From: a virus
Reading direction: 5' to 3' (one strand)
Length of the DNA stretch: 64,000 nt
IMG/VR virus record: IMGVR_UViG_3300023174_000077
Location: 32,001-96,000 of that record
A program made the position numbers and the translations under genes. The number at the start of each line of letters is the position of its first letter. Position 1 is the stretch's first letter. The notes under the pieces are model-generated. The model did no database searches and was not told where the DNA came from. It worked only from the letters and a program-made list of their open reading frames with translations. Shown here one piece after another: positions 8,884 to 19,260 of the stretch.

Positions 8884-9774
8884 TTAAATGTGTAAAGGAA
8901 TAAACTTTTTTTCAAAATTCTTTTCTAACATAGTCCTATAATCAAAAAATGCTTTTACAGGATCAGTATGTTTTTGTTGGCAAAAATCCAAAAATGGGAT
9001 AGAATGTGTTTTTCTTAATGAATTTCCAATTCCAGATTTATCACCTAATAACCATAATGCTGTCCTTTTACATAAATCTATATCTATATCAGGTTTAGCA
9101 ATTTTATCTTTTTTAATATGCTCTGGATACATATAAAGCCATTTACCTGAAGCAGTTGATAATTTTTTATTAAGTTCTGTCATATGATAAAACGACATAA
9201 CATTTATACCATGATTTATTGGTTCGATAAAAACCGAATCAGGATTTATACCAGCATGTACATATCCTTTTTTATGAATATATGCTATAAATTCTAACAT
9301 TCTTGAAAGAATCCAATTTACATGTGCTTGTGGTAAAGTATCTATTGAGGACAATGGTAGTGTTCTAAGATTCGTTGTAAATTCTAAATTAGAATTTAAG
9401 ATTGCTGATTTTGGAATATATCTTTGAAAATCTATGTCCATTTTTTCTTTGAAGGACATTAATTTTGTATAATTATTCAAAGAAGTTTCCAAAATAGGTT
9501 TCATACCTTCGATTGAAATTGAATTAATTTTATAGGTAATTTGACCAGCATCGTCTTTATATGTTTTACCTTTTTCTAATTCGTCTTTATATTGGTTTAA
9601 TATAGTTAGTGCTTCTTTGGCTCCTAATTCTTTACAGATGTCTGGATGAATTAATTTTGCCATTTTTTTATATTCAACAAGCCAATTATTTAAATCAGAA
9701 AAAGCATCAATATATGATTTGCCTGATTTAATTTTTTGTATCGTATCTTTGGCTGATAATTCAGAAGTTGTCAT
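8884..9774 (-). CDS. J-domain-like + protein-kinase-like (probable pseudokinase) protein
   Basis: YKKMAKLIHPD (HPD motif); kinase C-lobe AYIHKKGYVHAGINPDSVFI lacks the catalytic Asp; no DFG. Confidence 0.7.
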   Translation of the reverse strand: MTTSELSAKDTIQKIKSGKSYIDAFSDLNNWLVEYKKMAKLIHPDICKELGAKEALTILNQYKDELEKGKTYKDDAGQITYKINSISIEGMKPILETSLNNYTKLMSFKEKMDIDFQRYIPKSAILNSNLEFTTNLRTLPLSSIDTLPQAHVNWILSRMLEFIAYIHKKGYVHAGINPDSVFIEPINHGINVMSFYHMTELNKKLSTASGKWLYMYPEHIKKDKIAKPDIDIDLCKRTALWLLGDKSGIGNSLRKTHSIPFLDFCQQKHTDPVKAFFDYRTMLEKNFEKKFIPLHI

Positions 9775-9778
9775 ATTT

Positions 9779-10003
9779 TTATATTTGAGTGCAAGATACT
9801 AATAATTTTTGATTTTTGAAAAAATTAACCCATTTTTTCTCACATAAATAATTTGTTAATTCAATATCAAGAAAGTCATAATAAATAATAGAACATATGT
9901 TGCAATAGAATATAAATTCTTCTAATGAATTATATTTAGAAGGTTTAATTCCTTTTGAATTAATATGTCTAATATACTTTTCTTTAGTGTTGATCTCTTT
10001 CAT
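9779..10003 (-). CDS. hypothetical protein
   Basis: 74-aa ORF in operon. Confidence 0.45.
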   Translation of the reverse strand: MKEINTKEKYIRHINSKGIKPSKYNSLEEFIFYCNICSIIYYDFLDIELTNYLCEKKWVNFFKNQKLLVSCTQI

Positions 10004-11099
10004 TTATTTGATTATTATAGCCTTCTATTATATAACCTTGTGTATTTCTTAATTGGTATTTAAATTTAAATTCATTTGGTGGGTTTACATATAAAGTTTT
10101 TCTTTTAAAAGAAATTGTATAAAAACTATCCACATAAGGATAATCTTTAAATGAAATGTTATTTAAAGTTACACTAATTTTATCTTTGGTATTGTAAGCA
10201 TCTTTATATTCAAGTTGTTTACAAACATTTTGATAAGCACCTTCATACCAATCTTTTGTATAATAAATTCTATCATTGTATATTAAACCATCATTACATT
10301 TCCAAATTAAAGTTCTTCCGGCAATTTTTGTAGGATCTTCTTGATCGTAAAATACGAGCAAAGAAACTTGTTCTGGATTTTCTGTATAAAGTTTCAAATA
10401 GCTTTTATATTTTTCTCCTAATTTTTCATTGGTCATACATGAATTGTGTAATGTGCCATATCCTTCGGCATAATTTGAATAAGTATATCCTTTTAATATA
10501 TCTTTGCCAGTTAATAATTCATATTTAATTTCCGAGGGGTGTGTTGACATCCATTGGTTATGTAGTTTTTCAATATCTTTATCAAGGAATTGAAATGGTT
10601 TATTTTTAGGATTAGATATAATTTTTTCATTAAATGCTTCCACTATCTTTCTTGTGAGACGTCCAAGTTTAATAGATAATTTTTTATTTCTTTTAGATGA
10701 GTGTAATTCAACAAAACCTTGTTTATCTGAGTTTTTAAGTGTATCATAATTATCAATTACACCAAGTTTCAAATTAAAAAGTTGATATAAATTAGAAAAT
10801 TGTGCATAAAGAAAATTACGAACTGATTTATTTATATGGTCAGAAGGATATTTAAATAATCTTTCTATTTCAATATGGTGATAAATCATATGTTCAATTT
10901 CTTTACTTAATTTAAAATACCATGCATATTTATATTCAGTTTCAATAGGTACATCATCATAGTAATATGTACGATCGTTATGTAATAAATAGTATTCCTT
11001 TTCGCCTGATATATAAATTTCACCATGAAGAATATATTCATCATGAAATAATGTAATTTTGTCTCCGTCTTCAAATTTGTTATTATTAATTTCTATCAT
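9984..11099 (-). CDS. conserved phage protein (GxLxxSCM...GRxLxW...DRIY)
   Basis: 371-aa ORF directly after a host-type promoter. Confidence 0.65.
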   Translation of the reverse strand: MIEINNNKFEDGDKITLFHDEYILHGEIYISGEKEYYLLHNDRTYYYDDVPIETEYKYAWYFKLSKEIEHMIYHHIEIERLFKYPSDHINKSVRNFLYAQFSNLYQLFNLKLGVIDNYDTLKNSDKQGFVELHSSKRNKKLSIKLGRLTRKIVEAFNEKIISNPKNKPFQFLDKDIEKLHNQWMSTHPSEIKYELLTGKDILKGYTYSNYAEGYGTLHNSCMTNEKLGEKYKSYLKLYTENPEQVSLLVFYDQEDPTKIAGRTLIWKCNDGLIYNDRIYYTKDWYEGAYQNVCKQLEYKDAYNTKDKISVTLNNISFKDYPYVDSFYTISFKRKTLYVNPPNEFKFKYQLRNTQGYIIEGYNNQINERDQH

Positions 11100-11120
11100 C
11101 TGTTAAATAATTTGTTATTG

Positions 11121-11150
11121 CAAATATAATAAAAAAATTTTAGAAACAAA
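11121..11150 (-). promoter_or_regulatory. Bacteroidota sigma70-type promoter
   Basis: Minus strand TTTG-N18-TATATTTG. Confidence 0.7.
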
Positions 11151-11180
11151 AAAATTAACACATTTTTATAAGACATATAT

Positions 11181-11190
11181 TTAATATATA
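11181..11190 (+). promoter_or_regulatory. putative phage late promoter TTAATATATA (representative copy)
   Basis: Exact copies also at 17541, 21396, 27523, 30063, 44317, 45375, 49227, 59001 (+) and 1275, 3719, 17073, 44297 (-), each 4-20 nt upstream of an ATG. Confidence 0.7.
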
Positions 11191-11196
11191 AAATAT

Positions 11197-11934
11197 ATGC
11201 GCAAATATACAGAGGAATTTTCAGAAAAAATATTTATTTACACATTATCTAATCCAGATACATTTGAAGTTAGATATGTTGGTATTTCTAAAAATATTAA
11301 AAGAAGATATAAGGAACATATAAAAGAATCAAAAAAAGGAAATAATTACAAATCGTGTTGGATAAGAAGCTTAAATAAAATGCCTATTATTGATATCATC
11401 GATGAGTGTAGCATTTTTGATTACACATTTTGGGAAAAATATTATATAACATTATTTAAATCTTGGGGGTTTAAATTAACTAATCTTACAGATGGTGGCG
11501 AAGGAGCTAATGGTTATCGTTTCAATCAAGAAAGCAAAAATAAAATGTCCGAAAACAGAAAGGGCGATAAAAATGGATTTTATGGCAAAAAACATTCCGA
11601 AGAAAATAAAATATTAATGAGTTATTTAAAAGCTGAAAAATATGATGGTGATAAAAATCCAATGTATGGTAAGAAACATAAAGATTTATCTAAAATTATA
11701 ATGAGTCAAAAAAAGAAAAATCTATATAATGGCGAAAATAACCCAAGAGCTAAAAAACTATATCAATATACTTTGGAAGATAAATTAATTAAAATATGGA
11801 ATACTGCAAAAGAATGTGCTGATTTTTATTTTATATCAAGAGGTAATATATCTGCTTTTGCTAAACATAACACAAATAAGAATAACAATATATCCTATAA
11901 AATATTAAACGGATATATATTCAAATTTACTTAA
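11197..11934 (+). CDS. GIY-YIG homing endonuclease with NUMOD3 repeats and C-terminal HTH
   Basis: FIYTL...RYVGIS...RRYKEH, WEKYYI, LTNLTDGGEG, repeated NPMYGKKH/NGFYGKKHS. Confidence 0.9.
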   Translation: MRKYTEEFSEKIFIYTLSNPDTFEVRYVGISKNIKRRYKEHIKESKKGNNYKSCWIRSLNKMPIIDIIDECSIFDYTFWEKYYITLFKSWGFKLTNLTDGGEGANGYRFNQESKNKMSENRKGDKNGFYGKKHSEENKILMSYLKAEKYDGDKNPMYGKKHKDLSKIIMSQKKKNLYNGENNPRAKKLYQYTLEDKLIKIWNTAKECADFYFISRGNISAFAKHNTNKNNNISYKILNGYIFKFT

Positions 11935-11935
11935 T

Positions 11936-13300
11936 ATGAGAAAATATACAGAACATTTCGTCAATGATATAAATATATTAAAGACAGCGATAGTCGGCCT
12001 AGAATTTGAGTTTTATCTAAAAGATTTATCTTTTTATAAAACACTTGAGTTGTTAAATAAACTTTTAAGTCCTGTTGGGGTTCAAGGTTTTAGGCATTAT
12101 CACCCTGATGTTAAACCAACAGATAAATTATTTATATTAACACCAGATTTATCGGGTGGTTCAAATATGATTGAAGTTATTACTGGTCCACTTCCTTATT
12201 TTGAAGCGAAATATTATATGGTTAAAATTTTGAAATTTATTCAAGATTATGGTTATACAAATGAAAAAGCTTCAATACATTTTAATATATCTTTTAATGA
12301 TAAAGATTTAAAAGATTTGAATATATTAAAAATGATTTTAGGCATGGATGAAGAAGAAATTTATACATCTTTTCCAACCAGAAAAAATAATGTGTATGCA
12401 AAATCTATTAAGAGAATAATTCCATTTAGAGATTATGATTTCAAAGATATACCAATTGGAGTTATTAAAAATAATATAAGAATACCAGAAGATAAGTATT
12501 ATGGAGTTAATCTACTGCATATGAATAAAGATAAAGGCGAACAAAGATTAGAGTTTAGATATATTGGTGGTGCTAATTATGAAAAAAATATCGGTGAATT
12601 AATTTATTTTTTAGATAAATTTATTTTAGAAGTATATGGATGTATTGGTGTTGGATTTTCTCAAAAAGATCAAAAAGATTTAGAAAACTATTTAGATAAA
12701 AATATATCTAATTTTAAATCATTTTCGACTTATGATAATTTTTTGGTTTCATTTCCAAAAATTAGTTTACAAGTTGATCAAATATCTAATTATGAAAATG
12801 TAAATGCTTTTTATTATAGAATTTTTAGTAAGTTATATTCATTGATAGAAGCAACAGATGATTTAAAAGATTGTATTTTAAATTGGTTAACAGCGGAACA
12901 AAGATTAGAAGTAGTTGATGCAGATGTAAAATGTTTAATGAATGTTTCAAATATTGATTTTATTAATTGTAGATTAGAAGGTATATTTGATAATTGTAAA
13001 ATAATCAATTCGAAAGTAGATGATTCACAATTATTAAAATGTCAAATACATGGAACAGAAATAAATGGTTCAAAAATACTTAATTCAACTGTAGAAAAAT
13101 CGGAGGTTAAAGATTCATTTGTAATGAATGGTTATTTTGATTCTAATATGGAAGGTGGTGTATTTAGAAGTGGAAAACTTGGTCCTTATGCTAATATAAG
13201 TTCAACAACTAAAATAGTTACTGATGCCGACAATTTCTTTGATACAAAATTTGGAGATATAGATAAGAAATCTGATAAAGGAGTTAAAGCGTTTAAATGA
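11936..13300 (+). CDS. putative amidoligase (COOH-NH2 ligase) with C-terminal beta-helix
   Basis: VGLEFEF, IEVITGPL, SIHFNIS, KYYGVN, LEFRYIGG; C-terminal pentapeptide-like repeats. Confidence 0.7.
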   Translation: MRKYTEHFVNDINILKTAIVGLEFEFYLKDLSFYKTLELLNKLLSPVGVQGFRHYHPDVKPTDKLFILTPDLSGGSNMIEVITGPLPYFEAKYYMVKILKFIQDYGYTNEKASIHFNISFNDKDLKDLNILKMILGMDEEEIYTSFPTRKNNVYAKSIKRIIPFRDYDFKDIPIGVIKNNIRIPEDKYYGVNLLHMNKDKGEQRLEFRYIGGANYEKNIGELIYFLDKFILEVYGCIGVGFSQKDQKDLENYLDKNISNFKSFSTYDNFLVSFPKISLQVDQISNYENVNAFYYRIFSKLYSLIEATDDLKDCILNWLTAEQRLEVVDADVKCLMNVSNIDFINCRLEGIFDNCKIINSKVDDSQLLKCQIHGTEINGSKILNSTVEKSEVKDSFVMNGYFDSNMEGGVFRSGKLGPYANISSTTKIVTDADNFFDTKFGDIDKKSDKGVKAFK

Positions 13301-13352
13301 GATATTTAATTAAAGATTTTTAAACTTCTGAAAAAATTTTAATTTAATATCA

Positions 13353-13658
13353 ATGGGACTTTTATTTAAATACTTCATGGTTTTTATTTTACAATTCTTA
13401 TACAACCTTTTAAGAATACATGAAATCAAACTTACATATGAAAACAAGTTAAGACAGGTATTAATGAATACCATATTTATGAACCTTGTAATTCTTGCCT
13501 CAACTTATTTTTCTCTTTCTATGTTATTAGCCGGTGATTTATTTATAGGCGTAGTTTATGTATTGGGTGCCGTTTTTGGTAAATGGTGGGGTTTAGTTCG
13601 TTCTACTAATTACCGTAATAAACTTCTTGAAGAATTAGACGAAATTAAACAAAAATAA
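13353..13658 (+). CDS. small membrane protein (DUF5698/DUF2179-like)
   Basis: Three hydrophobic segments, YVLGAVFG. Confidence 0.55.
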   Translation: MGLLFKYFMVFILQFLYNLLRIHEIKLTYENKLRQVLMNTIFMNLVILASTYFSLSMLLAGDLFIGVVYVLGAVFGKWWGLVRSTNYRNKLLEELDEIKQK

Positions 13659-13676
13659 ATTTTTTTTTCAAATTAT

Positions 13677-13707
13677 TTTGAAAATACAAATAGAATCTGT
13701 ATTTTTG
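13677..13707 (+). promoter_or_regulatory. Bacteroidota sigma70-type promoter
   Basis: TTTG-N19-TATTTTTG upstream of the DHH gene. Confidence 0.7.
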
Positions 13708-13728
13708 CTCAAATAATTTTTAAAAATA

Positions 13729-15330
13729 ATGTCAGGAATAAAAAATATCCGAAAGATTAGAAAATCTTATAGTCAAGCCGAGTTATATTTTCATCAAGAT
13801 TTAGATGGTGTTACTTCTTATTTAGCCATGAAATCTTTTTTAGAATCCAATAAAATCAAAGTTGTTGATTCTCATGTAATTCAATATGGTAGTTTAGAGT
13901 TTTGTGTTAAAAATACAAAAGAAGGCAGACTTCCTGTTTTAGTAGATTTTGCTCATGTTAAAGATATGTTTGTAATTGCTACGGACCATCACGAAAACCA
14001 ATCTGGTGCTAATTCTACTATGTCAACTAATTTTAAAAAATCAAGTTCAAATGTAGAAACAATTTCAGGTGAGATTTCGTCTAGTCCAGTATTTACTAGT
14101 CTTGATATAGAATTAATTAAAACAATTGATTCTGCAAATTTTATTAAATGGAATTTAAAACCCGAAGATATACAAAATTCTAATTTTAAATTGAATAAAG
14201 AACAATCTTCTGAAAGAAATCGTTTTAATTTAGGACTTGTTGTTAATAGATTATTACTTGCATTAAAAAATAAAAGAATTAAAGTAACTAGTTTAGACGG
14301 CAAAACTGCACACCATAATAGAAATCTTTTAGAGTGTTTAGTTATTGATTCAAATCCAAGTATATATTCTTTATATCTTAATTTGAAACATTATATAAAT
14401 AATGCTATTTGTTTTGAGTATAACCATGATATGCGAACATATCATTTGCCAACAAAATTGGCATCTTGTCAAGAATTGCAAGAAAATCTTTCAAATTATA
14501 TTGAGTTAAGAAAAGATTATATTTTTAATGGAGAAACATTTGTTAAAAATAATCAAATTGAATATGATAAGGAATATAAAATTGTAAAACAATTTGACAT
14601 TGGAGAAATATTTAAAACTGGATCATATGATAGATATGTAGTTTTTAAAAATTTCCCGGAATCTGAATTTGTTTGTAGTATTTATAAAATGGGGTTAATT
14701 CAAATTTCTTGTAATCCATTTAATTCGAATAAACAAAACATACATCTTGGTGAAATAACAAAAGAATTATTATCAAAATGGAAATCTGTTTTGATGAATT
14801 TTAGAATTCCAATTTCAGCAATTAAAAGAATTGCCGAAGAAGAATCTTTTAAATTAAAACAAAAATATGCTAACTATGTTCCAATTGGATTTTCTTGGAA
14901 TGATTTATTAACTTTTTATGGTGATTCAATTTATTATCAACCTAATCGCAAAGTAGGTGATTTTAAAACCATAGATAAATTAGATTTAAATGATTTATCA
15001 AACACAGATTCACAATATATTAAAACAACTATGAATAAATTATATAATGATTGGTGTTTTAATGAGAAGGAAGAAATGTCTAATTTTAAAATACCTGCAT
15101 ATAATTTATTGCAAATAATGTCTGGTGGGCATACTGCTATAACTAATTTACAAGGAATAAATTATTTAGAAGAAAGACCTGATGCTATAAAAAAGTTTTT
15201 TGGTGGTATAACAATTCCAAGATATACACAAAATGGAGAATTATATCATAAATATATTTCCAATTATGAAGATTTGATGATATTTTTTTCTTCAGAGTAT
15301 TTAGAGATATTGAAAAGCAAATTAGATTAG
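13729..15330 (+). CDS. DHH-family phosphoesterase
   Basis: FHQDLDG, VDFAH, TDHH, C-terminal SGGH. Confidence 0.8.
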   Translation: MSGIKNIRKIRKSYSQAELYFHQDLDGVTSYLAMKSFLESNKIKVVDSHVIQYGSLEFCVKNTKEGRLPVLVDFAHVKDMFVIATDHHENQSGANSTMSTNFKKSSSNVETISGEISSSPVFTSLDIELIKTIDSANFIKWNLKPEDIQNSNFKLNKEQSSERNRFNLGLVVNRLLLALKNKRIKVTSLDGKTAHHNRNLLECLVIDSNPSIYSLYLNLKHYINNAICFEYNHDMRTYHLPTKLASCQELQENLSNYIELRKDYIFNGETFVKNNQIEYDKEYKIVKQFDIGEIFKTGSYDRYVVFKNFPESEFVCSIYKMGLIQISCNPFNSNKQNIHLGEITKELLSKWKSVLMNFRIPISAIKRIAEEESFKLKQKYANYVPIGFSWNDLLTFYGDSIYYQPNRKVGDFKTIDKLDLNDLSNTDSQYIKTTMNKLYNDWCFNEKEEMSNFKIPAYNLLQIMSGGHTAITNLQGINYLEERPDAIKKFFGGITIPRYTQNGELYHKYISNYEDLMIFFSSEYLEILKSKLD

Positions 15331-17057
15331 AATGTACCGTTAGCACCACCGCCACCAAATTTCCCTCCATTAAACATTGTCTGATCAGAAACAGGTGCTT
15401 TACCTTGTGCTGTTTCTTTTTCGTAATTTTCATAAGCTCCATCAATTTGGTAATCAACATATACTGGATTTCCCTCACTATCTGTAACTGGTTTGCCATT
15501 ATTATCTGTAGCTTGTCTTATAGTATTTGAATTAGCTTGGTAAAAATCAGGAATTCTCTCATAAGAGCGAGTGCTAGTATTATTAAATCTTGCATATAAT
15601 TCATCAGCACCTAATGGTCTGGCGTTTTTGAGTGTAAATTCTGCTTTTATAGTTGAGGGTAAGTCATTCCAAGATAAAACTGGACCAAAGGAAATATCTA
15701 CTGAATCTACAATCATATCACCTGAGCTAAAAGTTGGTCTTTTTGGATTACCAACGGTTACATGAAAATAACCTGATGGTGAACCAGTTAGAGCATTTAT
15801 TACACCAAATATAGCAATTTTATATTTGCCTAAAATTGCTCCTAAACTGTTTCGTAAAGCAGATTCTAAATAATTTTTTAATTTATTTGCTGAGTCTACT
15901 TTTTCTGAATCTTCTCTATTTTTTTTATCCTCAGAAGATTCCTTTGATTGTTTTTCTGTGCCATTTATTATACTATCAAGTGCGCCACTTATACTTTTAG
16001 TTAACTCTGTTATAGTGCCTATCACAGCTTGTATTATTGCTTTAATTGCATCATATAATCCATTTAAATCACCATTTATTAAATTTTGAATTAAACTTTT
16101 TGATTTTTGTGAAAAATTTTGGTTCCACATAAATCTTGCATTTGAAGTACCAAAACTTAATATATTACTAATAATATCCATATAAACTATTGTTGGATCA
16201 ATGCCATCAATATATTTTTGCTCATATTCAACAATCATTTTAATTTCAACTTTAGCATCTAAGCCTGAACCAGGACTACCTTTTTCTAAGGTTACTCTTC
16301 TTTTTGCCTCTTTTATTAAATTTGGATCACCAATCGGAAGAAGTGGTCCACTAGATTTGTTAGCTAATCCAAGATTTATGGCAATTTGTTGTTGCAGACC
16401 TTCTGTTAAACCTGGTAATGGAACTACATTAAATGCTCCCGCTGCTTTTGCTCCTAATCCTGCCATGCCAGATTTATTATCACTACTTAAAGTTAAATCT
16501 TCTCCAATTTTATTTAAAATGTCAGTAAAAGAACCTGCAGCATCTGTCCATTTTTCGCCAAATGATAATTTTAAAAAATCTTCTCCTGGTGGGACCCATG
16601 AAATTAAAGTAGATAATGGTCGAGCTTTTTCTTTACTTAAAGCATTTAAATCATTTCCAACAGGAGTCGCATATCTTCTTGCTATAATAAGACGGTTATT
16701 AGGATAAACACCTAAATTTTTCAAATAAGCAAAATCAGCAAAAGTGAGTTTATATGCTGTACCACTACCATTTACTCCACCATTAGACCATGTTACTAAA
16801 TCTGTTACAGATATATCTTGAAAATTATTATCAGTAAACCTATTACCTGTTGTATTTGATTTATAGAGAAGATTGCCGGTTGCCATCCCATTTTCATTTG
16901 GTTTATTTGGGAATGGTGTGAATTTAGTTTTCCCAAATAAAGATTGTAAAGCTGTTGAATTTTCGGTTACAGTGCCATAACCACCTACCGTTATTGTAGA
17001 ATCATTTCTATCAGTATTTGAAGTGAAATTTAAAGGTGAACTAGTAATTTGCCCCAT
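15327..17057 (-). CDS. putative baseplate/tail-associated structural protein
   Basis: 576 aa, late promoter, adjacent to the baseplate module; HVTVGNP...DLPS..KAEFTLK..RP pattern. Confidence 0.5.
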   Translation of the reverse strand: MGQITSSPLNFTSNTDRNDSTITVGGYGTVTENSTALQSLFGKTKFTPFPNKPNENGMATGNLLYKSNTTGNRFTDNNFQDISVTDLVTWSNGGVNGSGTAYKLTFADFAYLKNLGVYPNNRLIIARRYATPVGNDLNALSKEKARPLSTLISWVPPGEDFLKLSFGEKWTDAAGSFTDILNKIGEDLTLSSDNKSGMAGLGAKAAGAFNVVPLPGLTEGLQQQIAINLGLANKSSGPLLPIGDPNLIKEAKRRVTLEKGSPGSGLDAKVEIKMIVEYEQKYIDGIDPTIVYMDIISNILSFGTSNARFMWNQNFSQKSKSLIQNLINGDLNGLYDAIKAIIQAVIGTITELTKSISGALDSIINGTEKQSKESSEDKKNREDSEKVDSANKLKNYLESALRNSLGAILGKYKIAIFGVINALTGSPSGYFHVTVGNPKRPTFSSGDMIVDSVDISFGPVLSWNDLPSTIKAEFTLKNARPLGADELYARFNNTSTRSYERIPDFYQANSNTIRQATDNNGKPVTDSEGNPVYVDYQIDGAYENYEKETAQGKAPVSDQTMFNGGKFGGGGANGTF

Positions 17058-17144
17058 TCGAAACTTTATTTTTATATATTAATTTAATGACAATTCATGA
17101 GGAGCAAATATTAATCTAATATATAATGAAAAAATTGGATATTA

Positions 17145-17537
17145 ATGAAATTTTTCTGTGTATATGTGAAATCAAGAAAAAAACTTGATAAAATGATAAA
17201 AGTTAATCATATTAAAAATAAATATATAATCGATCTTAAAAAAATACAAGAAGAAGAAGAAATTACCATCGATAAAGAAAAAACCTATCTTAAAATTATT
17301 ATTTTCCAAAAAATACAACAAGCACTTGAAAAAAATAAAGATATTTATTATATCCCCGATTTTGATACCGATTTTTCAATTGATAGACTACTTAACATCA
17401 AAAAAATACTTGGTGACGATAATGAATTTAATGTGTTAATTTTTTATAATGAATTTAGAAAAGATCAAGATATTTTAGACGATGTTTTAGGAAATTTAAG
17501 TAAATTTAGTAATTCTCAGATCATCCGTGATTATTAA
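17145..17537 (+). CDS. hypothetical protein
   Basis: 130-aa ORF with late-like promoter. Confidence 0.6.
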   Translation: MKFFCVYVKSRKKLDKMIKVNHIKNKYIIDLKKIQEEEEITIDKEKTYLKIIIFQKIQQALEKNKDIYYIPDFDTDFSIDRLLNIKKILGDDNEFNVLIFYNEFRKDQDILDDVLGNLSKFSNSQIIRDY

Positions 17538-17555
17538 TAATTAATATATAATTAT

Positions 17556-18026
17556 ATGAATAGTTTTTATGATCTCAATATTTTAAAAAAAGATACCAAT
17601 CAAAATGGACTTTATAACTTTTTTGATTCTACTTTTAAATACTTTTATGGTGTTATTTTAAATCAATATCAAGTTAATCCTTGGGAAGAAATGAGAATTG
17701 ATAGAATTAGTTATAATTTATATAGTAATACCGATTATTGTGATTTTTTATTAGATTTAAATGGAATTGATAATCCATTAAATATAATGTCTGGTGATGT
17801 TTTATTATATGTGAGCCAAGATCAAATTGATTATTTCCATGTTGATGAAACTACTGCAAAAAGTTTAAGAAATACATATTTAAATGCAAATAAAATATCT
17901 CAAATTGATAATAATAGACAAAATTATACAGGCAATAATTTAAGTTTACCACCAACATTTTTACAGATTCCTGCAAATGCAGTAAAAATAGTTGGAAATA
18001 AAATAGTTTTAGGAGGTAATAGTTAA
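17556..18026 (+). CDS. baseplate wedge protein, gp53-like (LysM-like)
   Basis: RIDRISYNLY....DFLLDLNGIDNPLNIMSGDVL. Confidence 0.75.
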   Translation: MNSFYDLNILKKDTNQNGLYNFFDSTFKYFYGVILNQYQVNPWEEMRIDRISYNLYSNTDYCDFLLDLNGIDNPLNIMSGDVLLYVSQDQIDYFHVDETTAKSLRNTYLNANKISQIDNNRQNYTGNNLSLPPTFLQIPANAVKIVGNKIVLGGNS

Positions 18027-19243
18027 TGAGTTCAAATGCTAATTATGGCAATTTTAATGCTACAATGTTTTCAAATGCTAATGATATTGATGCTTTATTT
18101 AAAAGCTTTGGTTTTGATGGGTTTGTTTCATGGTTTAATTCGAATATACAAAATACTTCTCCATGGAAACGAGATTATTTGAAACATACAACTATCTATA
18201 AAATCAATAAAGAAAATTGGAAAATTTTTTGGAGTAATATACCATTATTATTTCAAAAAAATTCAATAAATTTAATTGAATTTTTGTGTTTAAACTCAAT
18301 TGTTATCAATGAAACTGGGGGTTCTTTTTTATCAAAAGTTGAATCTGTTAATAGTGCTACAAATAAAACTGCTCCAGGTATAGCCTATGAATTTAATGGC
18401 GGAGGTGGTAAAGCTTCTTATAATACAATTGCTGGTAATTTAACAGCATATCAATGTTTTCGTGATCCAAATTATATACAAGCACATGGTACTAAAGGTT
18501 TAGCAAATATTTTAAAAAATACTACTAACACAGCTTGGAGTGGAACATCATTTCCAATTGGATTTTCAAAACTAAATATAGCTGATGAAGTTTCCGGAAA
18601 TGGAAAAGCAAATGGATTTTTGATTGAAGCAGATTTTTTTAAATTTAGAGGACGTGGGTATATACAATTAACTTCTCGTCCAAACTATAAAGAAATGGTT
18701 AAATTTATTTTATCTTATTCTGGAAATGATTCTTCTGTGATGAATGTTAAAAATAGTTGGAAAAAATATGGTTCTAATTTAGATACCATTTTAACATGTT
18801 CTCAAAATTCTGATTGGGATAGTTTATTTTTAAATAAAAATTATAGTTTAGCTCTTTGGTCAGTTGGTAATTATTTATCAAAACATTATAGGAAACCATT
18901 TCCAATAAATGCTGATGCAACACCAGCAAGTTTAAAATCAAGTATTGTTAATTTTGGTGCGAGTATTAGTGGCGGTGGAGTTAATGGTGCTTATCCACAA
19001 TTGTTTTACGAAAGAGTTATTATTCAATTAAATTTAATTAATAATTATAGTTCAGCACCTACTGCAATGCCATCATTTGCTGCAACCCCTACTCAACCTC
19101 AACAACAAGAAGAAAGTAGGTTAGAAAGAACAGGACAAGATCCGATGACACAAACTGCCGTAAGTGGACAATTAGCAAGTTTATCAAATCTTTTTCAACC
19201 AACAGGCAAACCAACTCCTATATCATTTGATGTGAATGCATAA
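18026..19243 (+). CDS. virion-associated GH19/lysozyme-like hydrolase
   Basis: INETGG (putative catalytic Glu) and FRGRGYIQLTSRPNY. Confidence 0.65.
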   Translation: MSSNANYGNFNATMFSNANDIDALFKSFGFDGFVSWFNSNIQNTSPWKRDYLKHTTIYKINKENWKIFWSNIPLLFQKNSINLIEFLCLNSIVINETGGSFLSKVESVNSATNKTAPGIAYEFNGGGGKASYNTIAGNLTAYQCFRDPNYIQAHGTKGLANILKNTTNTAWSGTSFPIGFSKLNIADEVSGNGKANGFLIEADFFKFRGRGYIQLTSRPNYKEMVKFILSYSGNDSSVMNVKNSWKKYGSNLDTILTCSQNSDWDSLFLNKNYSLALWSVGNYLSKHYRKPFPINADATPASLKSSIVNFGASISGGGVNGAYPQLFYERVIIQLNLINNYSSAPTAMPSFAATPTQPQQQEESRLERTGQDPMTQTAVSGQLASLSNLFQPTGKPTPISFDVNA

Positions 19244-19260
19244 AAATGAATATATAAGAT

